Shown piece by piece: positions 1-8,381 of a DNA stretch of 32,000 nt (the stretch's first letter is position 1; every line of letters starts with the position of its first letter). Source of the DNA: Nitrosopumilus maritimus SCM1 (GTDB taxonomy: Archaea; Thermoproteota; Nitrososphaeria; Nitrososphaerales; Nitrosopumilaceae); assembly GCF_000018465.1 (NCBI RefSeq), contig NC_010085.1:300001-332000 (forward strand), in the 5' to 3' direction. Under the pieces are notes generated by a model that worked only from the letters and a program-made list of their open reading frames with translations, was not told where the DNA came from and did no database searches. The position numbers and the translations under genes were made by a program.

Positions 1-359
1 GCACACATTTTTTTAAATTTCATTGCTACATACGACAATTTTTCTGGTGACATTGTTGTGGTAACTGGTGCCATTCCCAATGGATCCATCACATTGATTC
101 CTACAACTTTGGTATCTGGACCAATTGATTTGTGCAACATATCTGGGTGTCCAATGAATACATCTTCTCTATTGTAACCTCCTTGAATCAATGAACTTTC
201 AATTCTTCTTAATCCAATTTGTGCAACCTTTGCTTCCCCCGTGATTGGATCTGTTTCAACTGATGGACAAAACACTTTGTCAAAAACCCATTCTGGCAGA
301 ACTTCATATGGTCCACATGCAATAAATCCATACAGAAAGTTTCCCCTGTAATTTGTCAT
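1..359 (-). CDS. Partial CDS (N-terminal 119 codons, continues past window start); function unknown, only a weak memory-based resemblance to the B12-binding-like N-domain of some radical SAM enzymes
   Basis: Minus-strand ATG at 359-357 with an open frame to position 1 (MTNYRGNFLYGFIACGPYEVLPEWVFDK...KVVGINVMDPLGMAPVTTTMSPEKLSYVAMKFKKMC). Absent from the ORF track only because it runs off the edge. Confidence 0.55.
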   Translation of the reverse strand, partial: MTNYRGNFLYGFIACGPYEVLPEWVFDKVFCPSVETDPITGEAKVAQIGLRRIESSLIQGGYNREDVFIGHPDMLHKSIGPDTKVVGINVMDPLGMAPVTTTMSPEKLSYVAMKFKKMC

Positions 360-473
360 TAAACTACGATCAGCAGTAAGTACAACACGTTTGCCGGACA
401 ACTATCACATTTCGTTTAACTATGTTATATATCATTTACGAGGTTAATTTGCCTCTTGAATTGTAAATTTTCC

Positions 474-1250
474 TTATTCTTTTTTTCTTATTGTTCTGTT
501 TGCAATATTGGCTGCAATCCCCCCTGCTGCAATACCATTGTCTATGTTTACAACAGATAGTCCTAATGAACAACTCTGAAGCATTGAAGCAAGAGCTGCA
601 ATTCCTTTTTCTCCATACCCATACCCTACTGATGTTGGAATTCCAATAATTGGAATGTCTACTAGTGTGGAAACTAGTGTGGCTAGTGCACCCTCCATTC
701 CTGCAGCTACTATGATGCAATCAACATCTTCTTCTATCATTTCTTTTAAAATTGGAAAAATTCTCTGAATTCCTGCTACTCCTACGTCATAACTTGTAAT
801 GCATTTACAATTCATTGCCTCACAAACTAGTCTGGCTTCTTCAGCTACTCCAATATCTGAAGTACCTGCAGTTAGAATACCTACTTTTCCTCCCTGAAAT
901 TTAATTGGTTTTTTGAATAACAATAGGGTAGATGATTTTTTTCCTGTCTTGACTTTGACTTTCAGTTTTTTTGCAAACGTCTGAATCTTTGGATAATCTG
1001 TTTTCTTTAATCTTGAAACAATAACTGAGTTTGATTTTTGCAAAGTCCTTTTTATGATTTTTCTAATATCTTCCAGTTCTTTTGTCTCTGCAAAAATTAT
1101 TTCTGGAATCCCTCTTCTTTTTCTTCTGTTGATGTCTATTTTGGCAATTCCTTCTATCTCTTCAATTGAATATATTGACAAAAGTTTTTTTGCATCATTT
1201 ATTGAAATTTTTCCTGTTTTTACGGCTTTAAGAATTTCATGAGTTTCCAA
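474..1250 (-). CDS. larB: LarB-like nickel-pincer cofactor biosynthesis protein (PurE/NCAIR-mutase fold, pyridinium-3,5-biscarboxylic acid mononucleotide synthase)
   Basis: 258 aa. PurE-like core (KVGILTAGTSDIGVAEEA, VAAGMEGALATLV, PIIGIPTSVGYG) plus the N-terminal extension typical of LarB. Lies next to larC/larE. Confidence 0.8.
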   Translation of the reverse strand: METHEILKAVKTGKISINDAKKLLSIYSIEEIEGIAKIDINRRKRRGIPEIIFAETKELEDIRKIIKRTLQKSNSVIVSRLKKTDYPKIQTFAKKLKVKVKTGKKSSTLLLFKKPIKFQGGKVGILTAGTSDIGVAEEARLVCEAMNCKCITSYDVGVAGIQRIFPILKEMIEEDVDCIIVAAGMEGALATLVSTLVDIPIIGIPTSVGYGYGEKGIAALASMLQSCSLGLSVVNIDNGIAAGGIAANIANRTIRKKE

Positions 1251-1283
1251 TAATGGGTTTTTGTTTTATGGATAAAAAAAGGC

Positions 1284-2198
1284 TTAGATTTCAACACCTG
1301 AAAGTGCACCTTTAACATTCTCTACTGCTTTGTTAAAGACTTGCTTTTCTTCATCATTTAGATCTAATTCTATGATTTTTTCTACACCATTCTTTCCTAT
1401 TACTGCAGGAACTCCAATGGTAACATCAGAGTGATCATATTCTCCATCAAGATAAGTTGCTACTGGAATTACTTGTTTTCTGTCTCTTACAACTGCTTCA
1501 ACAATTGCAGAAATTGCATTTCCTGGTGCATGTACTGTAGCACCTTTTAGTTCAATTACTTTTGCTGCAACTTGCTTTGTGTTTTGAACTAGTTCCTCTA
1601 ATTTTTCTTTTGGAAGCAATGATGGTAGTGGAATTCCTGAAACAGATGAAAATCTTGGTAAAGGTAACATGTTTTCACCATGTTCTCCAATTACTAGTGC
1701 TCTAATTGAGTCACGAGAGTGTCCAGTTGCTTCGTGGATAAATTGTCTAAATCTTGATAAATCAAGCATACCTCCCATTCCAAATACTCTACTTCTATCA
1801 AATCCTGATACTTTGTATGTGATGTATGCCATTGGGTCTAATGGATTAGTTACTGGAATAATCATGGAATCATCTGCATATTTTTTCACATTTTCTACCA
1901 CGCTTTTTACAATTGATGCATTAATCTTCAAAAGATCCATACGGGTCATTCCTGGTTTTCGTCCAGAACCTGCAACTACTACTACAATATTGGAACCTTT
2001 CATATCTTCAAAATTATTGGAACCTTTTACTTCAACATCAATTCCTTGTTCTGAAAGCATATGGTTGATATCCATTGCTTCGCCTTGAGGAAGTCCTTCA
2101 GCAACATCTAATAACAAAATTTGATCATCTAATCGTTTTAGTGCTGAAAACAATGCAGCATCTCCGCCTACTTTTCCTGAACCAATTATAGTAATCAT
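1284..2198 (-). CDS. mdh: Malate dehydrogenase, LDH-like family
   Basis: 304 aa. Rossmann GSGKVGG at the N-terminus. Substrate loop [14 protein letters not shown] has Arg at the MDH/LDH discriminating position. Catalytic IGEHG is present. Confidence 0.9.
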
Positions 2199-2288
2199 AA
2201 AAATCGCTGTTAATTTTCAATAATTAAATCTAATGAAATTTCAGACCGATCAGACGAATTTATAAGCATTTTCAATAATTTTTAATCA

Positions 2289-3509
2289 ATGGTTTTGGTA
2301 ATTGATCCTCAAATTGCAGGAATATCTGGGGATATGCTTCTTTCTTCATTAATTGATTTGGGCGCAGATAAGGGAAAGATAATTGATGGAATTAAAAAAT
2401 CTGAACAATTTTTTTCAGATTCTACTATTACAAAAATCGATTTTCAAAAAACCAAAAAAAGAGGAATCGAAGCTATTCAACTCGTTTTAGAAATAGATGA
2501 ACATTCTCATGAAAAAAAAGGCTCTGAAATAAAAAAAGCAATTAATGACTCTACATCAAATTTAGATCTATCAGATAAAGCAAAGATATTTGCTGAATCA
2601 TGTATCAATTCACTCATTTCTTCAGAATCTAAAATTCATGGTGTTCCAGAGGATTCTGTGCATTTTCATGAGGCCTCTAGCATTGATACCCTAGTTGACA
2701 TTGTCGGAATTACAATTGCCTTAGATGATTTGGGATTATTTGATGAAAAAATTATTTGCATGCCTGTTTCTGTAGGTGGTGGAAGCGTAACTTTTTCCCA
2801 TGGCACTATGTCTAATCCTGCCAGTGCAATTTTAGAGATTTTCAAAGATTCTTATCTGAAAATTAAAGGTAATGATGCAAATGCGGAATTGACCACTCCA
2901 ACGGGGGCGTGTATTTTGGCTAATCTGACAAATACTTGTATGGATTATTATCCTGCAATGAAAATTGATTCAATTGGTTATGGTGCAGGGCAAAAAGATT
3001 TTCAAAATTTTTCAAACGTGCTAAAACTAGTTAGAGGCTCTACAAATAACTTGGAAAGTGACTCAGTAAAAATTCTTGAAACTAACGTTGATGATATTTC
3101 AGGAGAAATACTTGGAAATCTAATTGAAAAGATCATGCAAAAAGGTGCTAGAGATGTTTCAATTTATCATGGAATTACAAAAAAAGGAAGACCTACAAAT
3201 TTGGTATCTGTAATATGTGATGATCAAAATATTGATGAAATTGTTGATACATTGGTATTAGAAACTGGTACTTTGGGAATTAGGATATCTGAATCAAATA
3301 GATTTGTTGTACCAAGAACAAATGAAAACATTTCATTAACAATTGATGGAAATTCCTTTGATGTGAGATACAAAAAATCAACATTTAAGGGAAAAACTGA
3401 TTTCAAAATAGAATTTGATGATCTTAAGGATATTTCAAACACCGTTGAAAAATCAATTAAAGAAATAGAATCATTACTTCGAAAAGAAATTGAAAAGTTG
3501 GAGAACTAA
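2289..3509 (+). CDS. larC: LarC-like nickel insertion protein (DUF111 family cyclometallase)
   Basis: 406 aa. The N-terminus MVLVIDPQIAGISGDMLLSSLIDLGAD is the DUF111/LarC signature. The stop at 3509 abuts the larE ATG at 3510. Confidence 0.85.
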   Translation: MVLVIDPQIAGISGDMLLSSLIDLGADKGKIIDGIKKSEQFFSDSTITKIDFQKTKKRGIEAIQLVLEIDEHSHEKKGSEIKKAINDSTSNLDLSDKAKIFAESCINSLISSESKIHGVPEDSVHFHEASSIDTLVDIVGITIALDDLGLFDEKIICMPVSVGGGSVTFSHGTMSNPASAILEIFKDSYLKIKGNDANAELTTPTGACILANLTNTCMDYYPAMKIDSIGYGAGQKDFQNFSNVLKLVRGSTNNLESDSVKILETNVDDISGEILGNLIEKIMQKGARDVSIYHGITKKGRPTNLVSVICDDQNIDEIVDTLVLETGTLGIRISESNRFVVPRTNENISLTIDGNSFDVRYKKSTFKGKTDFKIEFDDLKDISNTVEKSIKEIESLLRKEIEKLEN

Positions 3510-4307
3510 ATGACAAAATTAAATGAACTAGAAAATTGGTTTGCTGATAAAAATAAAGTCATGATTGCATTATCTGGTGGTGTAGATAGTGCTCTTGTTG
3601 CATATGCTGCTTATCAAAAATTAGGTGATTTTGCAATTGCGGTAACTGCTGATTACAAAACCCTTTCTGAGGAAGAACTTCAAACTGCTAAACAAATTTG
3701 CTCTGAAATAGGAATAACTCAATTTTTCTTAGATTATGACGAACTTGAAAATGAAGAATTTACAAAAAATGATTCAACTAGATGTTTTCACTGTAGGCTC
3801 GAATTAGGAGTTCATCTCTTAAAATTGGCAAAAGAACATCACGTAGATGTAATTGTTGATGGAACTAATTTAGATGATTTAGGTGAATATAGGCCAGGAA
3901 TTGATGCCTTACGTCAAAATGGAATTAGAAGTCCTCTTGTTGAAACAAATCTTTCAAAATCACAAATTAGACACATTGCAAAGTCAGTCGGACTATCAGT
4001 TCATGACAAACCTTCAAACTCTTGTTTGGCTTCACGTATACCTTGGGGTCAAAGAGTTACTGCTGAGAGATTAGCTAGAATTGAATTTGGTGAGACTGTT
4101 GTCAAACAACTAACCAAAGTTAAACAAGTTCGTGTTCGTGATTTTAATGGTTCTGCAAAAATTGAAGTAGAAAAAAACGATATTTCTGAATTTAATAATC
4201 TTGTATTAGATAAAATCACAGAAAAACTAAAGCTGATTGGATTTACTTCAGTTGAAATTGATCCAGAAGGGTATAAACCAGGAAAAATTAACGTGATTGC
4301 AGATTGA
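3510..4307 (+). CDS. larE: LarE-like ATP-dependent sulfur transferase (PP-loop ATP pyrophosphatase)
   Basis: 265 aa. PP-loop ALSGGVDSALVAY. Conserved Cys in SNSCLASRIPWG (codon 172) plus a CFHC pair (codons 92/95). Confidence 0.85.
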   Translation: MTKLNELENWFADKNKVMIALSGGVDSALVAYAAYQKLGDFAIAVTADYKTLSEEELQTAKQICSEIGITQFFLDYDELENEEFTKNDSTRCFHCRLELGVHLLKLAKEHHVDVIVDGTNLDDLGEYRPGIDALRQNGIRSPLVETNLSKSQIRHIAKSVGLSVHDKPSNSCLASRIPWGQRVTAERLARIEFGETVVKQLTKVKQVRVRDFNGSAKIEVEKNDISEFNNLVLDKITEKLKLIGFTSVEIDPEGYKPGKINVIAD

Positions 4308-5470
4308 TTTATCTTGATAATGCAGCATCAACTCAAATTCACGATGATGTACTAGAGTCAATGCTTCCATATCTTAAAGAGCAATATGGAAATCCTTCCT
4401 CCATTCATCGTTATGGCAGATTATCTCGGAAGGCAATTGAAAAGGCAAGAAAACAAATTGCGTCTTTGATTAATGCAGATCCTTCTGAAATTTTTATCAC
4501 CTCTGGTGGTACCGAATCAAATAATACTGCGTTACGAGGAATTGCAACAAAATACTCTTCAGGTCAAATCATAACTTCTTCAATTGAACATGATGCAATT
4601 TTAGAGCCATGTAAAAAATTATCTCAAGAAGAATTTGATGTAGTTTACCTTCCTGTAGATAACTTTGGTATGATTAGTCTCTCTAACCTTAAAGATTCTC
4701 TATCTGAAAAAACTAGAGTTGTTTCAATTATGTTTGGTAATAATGAAGTTGGTACAATTCAACCAATTGCAGAAATTGCCAAATTATGTCATGAACACGA
4801 TGTGGTACTTCATACTGATGCTGTACAGGCAATAGGGAAAGTACCAATTGATGTTCATGAATTAGGGGTGGATTTACTATCAATTTCATCTCATAAGCTA
4901 TATGGACCAAAGGGAATAGGTGCTCTGTATATCAAAAAAGACACTCTTCTTAATCCAATGATTTTAGGTGGTGGGCAAGAACATGGATTACGCTCTGGTA
5001 CTGAAAATGTTGCAAATATTGTTGGTTTTGGTAAGGCATGTGATATTGCTAAATCAAATTTGGATGAGAATATTTCTCATATGAAAAAACTCAGAAATCT
5101 TTTGGTCCAAACTGTATCTGATGAAATTTCTCAAGTAACTGTTAATGGTCATCCTGAACGTCATTTGCCAAATAATGCTCATTTTACTTTTCTTGGTGTA
5201 AATGGCGAAGATCTGATTATAAAACTTGATGAGTATGGTGTTGCTGCATCTACTGGTTCGGCATGTTCTGTTCATACTCAAAAGGCATCTCATGTATTAC
5301 AAGCAATGGGATTTTCACACGAGCAAATTACTGGCTCATTAAGATTGACAACTGGAATATTTAATGATCAAAAAGAAATTGAACAAACTGTGGAAATTTT
5401 GAAAAGAGTTGTTGAAGAACTAAGATCTGTGTCTCCATTTAAAGAAAAATATTCTTTCTCAAAAAACTAA
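4304..5470 (+). CDS. Cysteine desulfurase, NifS/IscS-like class V aminotransferase
   Basis: 388 aa. N-terminus IYLDNAAST, PLP-lysine motif SSHKLYGPKGIG, active-site loop STGSACSV. The TTG start overlaps the larE stop by 4 nt (TTGA). Confidence 0.9.
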   Translation: MIYLDNAASTQIHDDVLESMLPYLKEQYGNPSSIHRYGRLSRKAIEKARKQIASLINADPSEIFITSGGTESNNTALRGIATKYSSGQIITSSIEHDAILEPCKKLSQEEFDVVYLPVDNFGMISLSNLKDSLSEKTRVVSIMFGNNEVGTIQPIAEIAKLCHEHDVVLHTDAVQAIGKVPIDVHELGVDLLSISSHKLYGPKGIGALYIKKDTLLNPMILGGGQEHGLRSGTENVANIVGFGKACDIAKSNLDENISHMKKLRNLLVQTVSDEISQVTVNGHPERHLPNNAHFTFLGVNGEDLIIKLDEYGVAASTGSACSVHTQKASHVLQAMGFSHEQITGSLRLTTGIFNDQKEIEQTVEILKRVVEELRSVSPFKEKYSFSKN

Positions 5471-6294
5471 ATTTTAATCTGAAATTTGTTTCTTGTTAGA
5501 ATAATTGCTGTCATAATTCCGACTAGCAAAACAATCATTGCAATTGTTCCAAACTCTGGGACAACATAAGTTCCAATAATTAGAATATCTGTATCTCCTT
5601 GCTCAAAATTAATTGTAATTGTTCTATGATCTGAATGGACTGGTGCTTCCTCATAATCTGCCTCGATTCCATTTGGATTATCTGGACTTGAAATTAAGAT
5701 AATAAATTTTTCATCTTTCCCATCTTGTTTTTCAGCACCTATGAATTCTCTTGGTAATTCTAATGTGATTGAACCTTCATCTGTAGAATTGATGCTTATT
5801 GCTAGTGCAAAATTCTCTGATTCGACCACCATGTCTTCAACTTCTCCTCCTTTAATTGAATATTCTACATCAAATGTCCCATGACTTCCAGCGTCAACTT
5901 CAAAATTGGTTGTAGTTGTCACCACTTCTGATTTTGGAGTGTAACTAAATTCAGTTTCAGCTATAGTTCCACCTGCTACTTCATATGATGCTCTTACTAG
6001 TATTGTTCCTGAATTGGTCCATAATGGTCCTTCTGCAAGAATTGTGTGTGAAAATGTTCCATCTTGGGCTACTTTTATTTGAGCAATTTCTAACATGTTT
6101 CCTTCTCTAAATAATTGCAGTACTACATCTACCCCTGCTATCTTTGTATTTACTTTTCCTGAAACAACAATTGTGTCTCCTTCATCATAATTATTATCAT
6201 CTGTTTGTACAGTAATTGGAGATTCTTGTGCATACACAAAACTTGTAGAAATTATCAATAAGGAAATTACACCATAAAATATTTTAGAATTCAC
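5467..6294 (-). CDS. Secreted PEFG-CTERM sorting-domain protein (divergent tail variant)
   Basis: 275 aa, GTG start. Signal peptide MNSKIFYGVISLLIISTSFVYA. C-terminus is VVPEFG, then a hydrophobic helix, then a basic tail (TRNKFQIKI). The N-terminal module D..Y.EGDTIVVSGKV is shared with its neighbours. Confidence 0.8.
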   Translation of the reverse strand: MNSKIFYGVISLLIISTSFVYAQESPITVQTDDNNYDEGDTIVVSGKVNTKIAGVDVVLQLFREGNMLEIAQIKVAQDGTFSHTILAEGPLWTNSGTILVRASYEVAGGTIAETEFSYTPKSEVVTTTTNFEVDAGSHGTFDVEYSIKGGEVEDMVVESENFALAISINSTDEGSITLELPREFIGAEKQDGKDEKFIILISSPDNPNGIEADYEEAPVHSDHRTITINFEQGDTDILIIGTYVVPEFGTIAMIVLLVGIMTAIILTRNKFQIKI

Positions 6295-6340
6295 AAGTTT
6301 TGAATGGTATGTTTGTATATTTCTTTTACTATCAAAAATG

Positions 6341-6513
6341 AAAAAATGAAAAAAGATGTGATTTTAGTATCTTGGCATAATGCTAAGTCTTGATTTTGCA
6401 GATACTGCAATTATTGAGATAATTGCTACTGCTAGAATCATGGCTGCAATTGTGCCAAACTCTGGGACTACAAAGGTACCAATAATTTCAATTTGTTCAG
6501 TTCCTGCTGGGAA
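6341..6513. repeat. Junction repeat copy 1 (3' end of PEFG gene plus downstream non-coding)
   Basis: Read by eye, it differs from 8208-8381 at only 2 positions (gatgTGatt versus gatgAAatt). It is identical to 7288-7418 over the shared span. Confidence 0.9.
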
Positions 6514-7248
6514 CATGACTGTTACTTTGTTTGCAACAATCTCAACATCATCCCATTCTTCTCCGTCAACTAGTACCATGAAGATACCATCTTGGACTGT
6601 TTTTGATGGTGTTACAGTTAATGTTCCATCATCAGTAGAGCTGATGTTGACAACAATTGAGTTGTCATTTGTATTGAGAGTTGCACTTGTAACTGCACCA
6701 CCTGAAATACTAAATGGTACACAATAACCATTTGCAGTAATCTCATTAGCTCCACATTGTTTGGACTTTTGTGGTGTTTCATAGGTTGGTGTATATGCAA
6801 CTCCTCCCATTAATTGAACTTTGACACTATTGCTCTTTTCAGCACTGCCATAGTTTGCTTTAATGGTGTAGGTACCGCTGTATTTCCACATTGCACCTGC
6901 TGTGTTTAATGTTGTCTCAAAACTACCCTCATCTGTTACAGCGATTTGATCAACTGTGATGATTGAGTTTAGAGGACTCACAACAGTAATTGTAACTGGA
7001 AATCCAGATGCTACATTTGCTACTTGCCCTTGTACTGAAATCATGTCTCCTTGGTCATACCCTGTTTTATCTGTCCAAACAGATACTGGGATATCTGCAC
7101 GCAACATTTCATTTGCTGTTGCTCTTGCATCTGCCATGGTACATCCAACACATGCTTGTGGAATTTCATCTGCATATGCTGCTGACATGGTTAAAGTACC
7201 GACTGCAGTCAAAACGGCTAGTAGCGCGAACGACGTACGGCTGTTCAT
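6364..7248 (-). CDS. Secreted PEFG-CTERM sorting-domain protein
   Basis: 294 aa. Signal peptide ends AAYA. C-terminal 35 aa (VVPEFGTIAAMILAVAIISIIAVSAKSRLSIMPRY) are identical to those of the next two genes. Confidence 0.85.
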   Translation of the reverse strand: MNSRTSFALLAVLTAVGTLTMSAAYADEIPQACVGCTMADARATANEMLRADIPVSVWTDKTGYDQGDMISVQGQVANVASGFPVTITVVSPLNSIITVDQIAVTDEGSFETTLNTAGAMWKYSGTYTIKANYGSAEKSNSVKVQLMGGVAYTPTYETPQKSKQCGANEITANGYCVPFSISGGAVTSATLNTNDNSIVVNISSTDDGTLTVTPSKTVQDGIFMVLVDGEEWDDVEIVANKVTVMFPAGTEQIEIIGTFVVPEFGTIAAMILAVAIISIIAVSAKSRLSIMPRY

Positions 7249-7272
7249 CTTGTTGCGATTTGAACCTGTCTC

Positions 7273-7418
7273 TATTTATGTATATTTAAAAAATGAAAAA
7301 AGATGTGATTTTAGTATCTTGGCATAATGCTAAGTCTTGATTTTGCAGATACTGCAATTATTGAGATAATTGCTACTGCTAGAATCATGGCTGCAATTGT
7401 GCCAAACTCTGGGACTAC
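7273..7418. repeat. Junction repeat copy 2
   Basis: Same sequence as copies 1 and 3, from tatttatgtatatttaaaaaatgaaaaaagatg through ...gtgccaaactctgggactac. Similarity then stops abruptly. Confidence 0.9.
7281..7290 (-). promoter_or_regulatory. TATA-box-like element (TTTAAATATA on the minus strand) for gene 6364..7248
   Basis: About 33 nt upstream of ATG 7248. On the minus strand it is preceded by T-tracts (cttttttcatttttt) that could terminate the upstream gene. It lies inside the junction repeat. Confidence 0.5.
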
Positions 7419-8168
7419 CACGCCGTCTTGAATATCTACCTCAGCTGAAGCAGTATATTTTGGATCGTTAAATTGTTGTGCTGTAACAGTGTAAAAACCA
7501 TCTTGTGTCCATAATGGTCCACCTGTTGTGATTGTTGCTGTAAACTTTCCATCAAGCATTGGTGATACTTGATCAACTGATACTACATTTCCATTTGGAG
7601 CAGTTACGGTTAATGTAATGTCTGCACTTACTCTATCTGTATTTCCTGTAACTACAATTGTATCAGATCCCATTTCAGTTTTGGCGGTACTAATTTCAAT
7701 TCCTGCATCTATTGTAACAACTGGTTTTATTGGTTCAAAGATATCTGAACTATAACTGGATTCAGTCACAGCAGTTTTTTCTGCCATTCCACCATTTACT
7801 TCAACAAGAACTTCCATTGTGTATAGTGCTGCGCTGCCTTGTTGTGCTTTGATTTCATAGAATCCATCTTCGGTCCATGTTGGGCCTATCTTGAATTCAG
7901 TACCAAACATTCCTTCTGCATCTGGTGTTGTCTGACCAATAGCAACTACATTATTTCCACTTGGGGACTTTACAGTAAATGAAACATCAGTGAATGTTGA
8001 AATCGTTTTACCTGTTACGGTAATTGTTTTAGATCCACTGTCTGCCATAGCTGTTAGGGTCATTCCTTGTGTTTGAGCAAATGCATCTTGTTGAATTGAG
8101 GTCACTGAAATTAATGACACTGCCAAAAGGGCTATTGCCATTGATGTTGTAGAACGTTTAAAATTCAT
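7311..8168 (-). CDS. Secreted PEFG-CTERM sorting-domain protein with two copies of the N-terminal beta-sandwich-like module
   Basis: The ORF track starts at TTG 8183. ATG 8168 (MNFKRSTTSMAIALLAV...) gives a better signal peptide and fits the TATA spacing. It has the identical C-terminal 35 aa. Confidence 0.8.
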   Translation of the reverse strand: MNFKRSTTSMAIALLAVSLISVTSIQQDAFAQTQGMTLTAMADSGSKTITVTGKTISTFTDVSFTVKSPSGNNVVAIGQTTPDAEGMFGTEFKIGPTWTEDGFYEIKAQQGSAALYTMEVLVEVNGGMAEKTAVTESSYSSDIFEPIKPVVTIDAGIEISTAKTEMGSDTIVVTGNTDRVSADITLTVTAPNGNVVSVDQVSPMLDGKFTATITTGGPLWTQDGFYTVTAQQFNDPKYTASAEVDIQDGVVVPEFGTIAAMILAVAIISIIAVSAKSRLSIMPRY

Positions 8169-8193
8169 CCTAATTTTCCCCAAGTTACCTTGG

Positions 8194-8381
8194 TATTTAT
8201 GTATATTTAAAAAATGAAAAAAGATGAAATTTTAGTATCTTGGCATAATGCTAAGTCTTGATTTTGCAGATACTGCAATTATTGAGATAATTGCTACTGC
8301 TAGAATCATGGCTGCAATTGTGCCAAACTCTGGGACTACAAAGGTACCAATAATTTCAATTTGTTCAGTTCCTGCTGGGAA
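8194..8381. repeat. Junction repeat copy 3
   Basis: The longest copy. It shares the upstream TATA part with copy 2 and the extended coding part with copy 1. Confidence 0.9.
8202..8211 (-). promoter_or_regulatory. TATA-box-like element (TTTAAATATA on the minus strand) for gene 7311..8168
   Basis: Identical element with the same ~34 nt spacing to ATG 8168. Confidence 0.5.

Noticed and set aside
1054-2088. Antisense ORFs 1054..1242 and 1669..2088, and similar ones inside rpoB and rpoA (for example 12773..13081, 13300..13530, 16475..16699)
   Set aside because: They are embedded opposite strongly supported conserved genes and have low-complexity translations.
1284-2198. Calling this gene L-lactate dehydrogenase because of the neighbouring lar (lactate racemase maturation) genes
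   Set aside because: The substrate-specificity loop reads GRKPG, with Arg rather than Gln. That is the malate dehydrogenase signature of LDH-like MDHs.
2213-2280. 13-nt direct repeat attttcaataatt (2213-2225 and 2268-2280) and tcagac x2 (2241-2255) in the mdh/larC divergent promoter
   Set aside because: These are short and AT-rich in an AT-rich promoter region. They overlap the expected TATA elements for the two genes and are not distinguishable from chance without comparative data.
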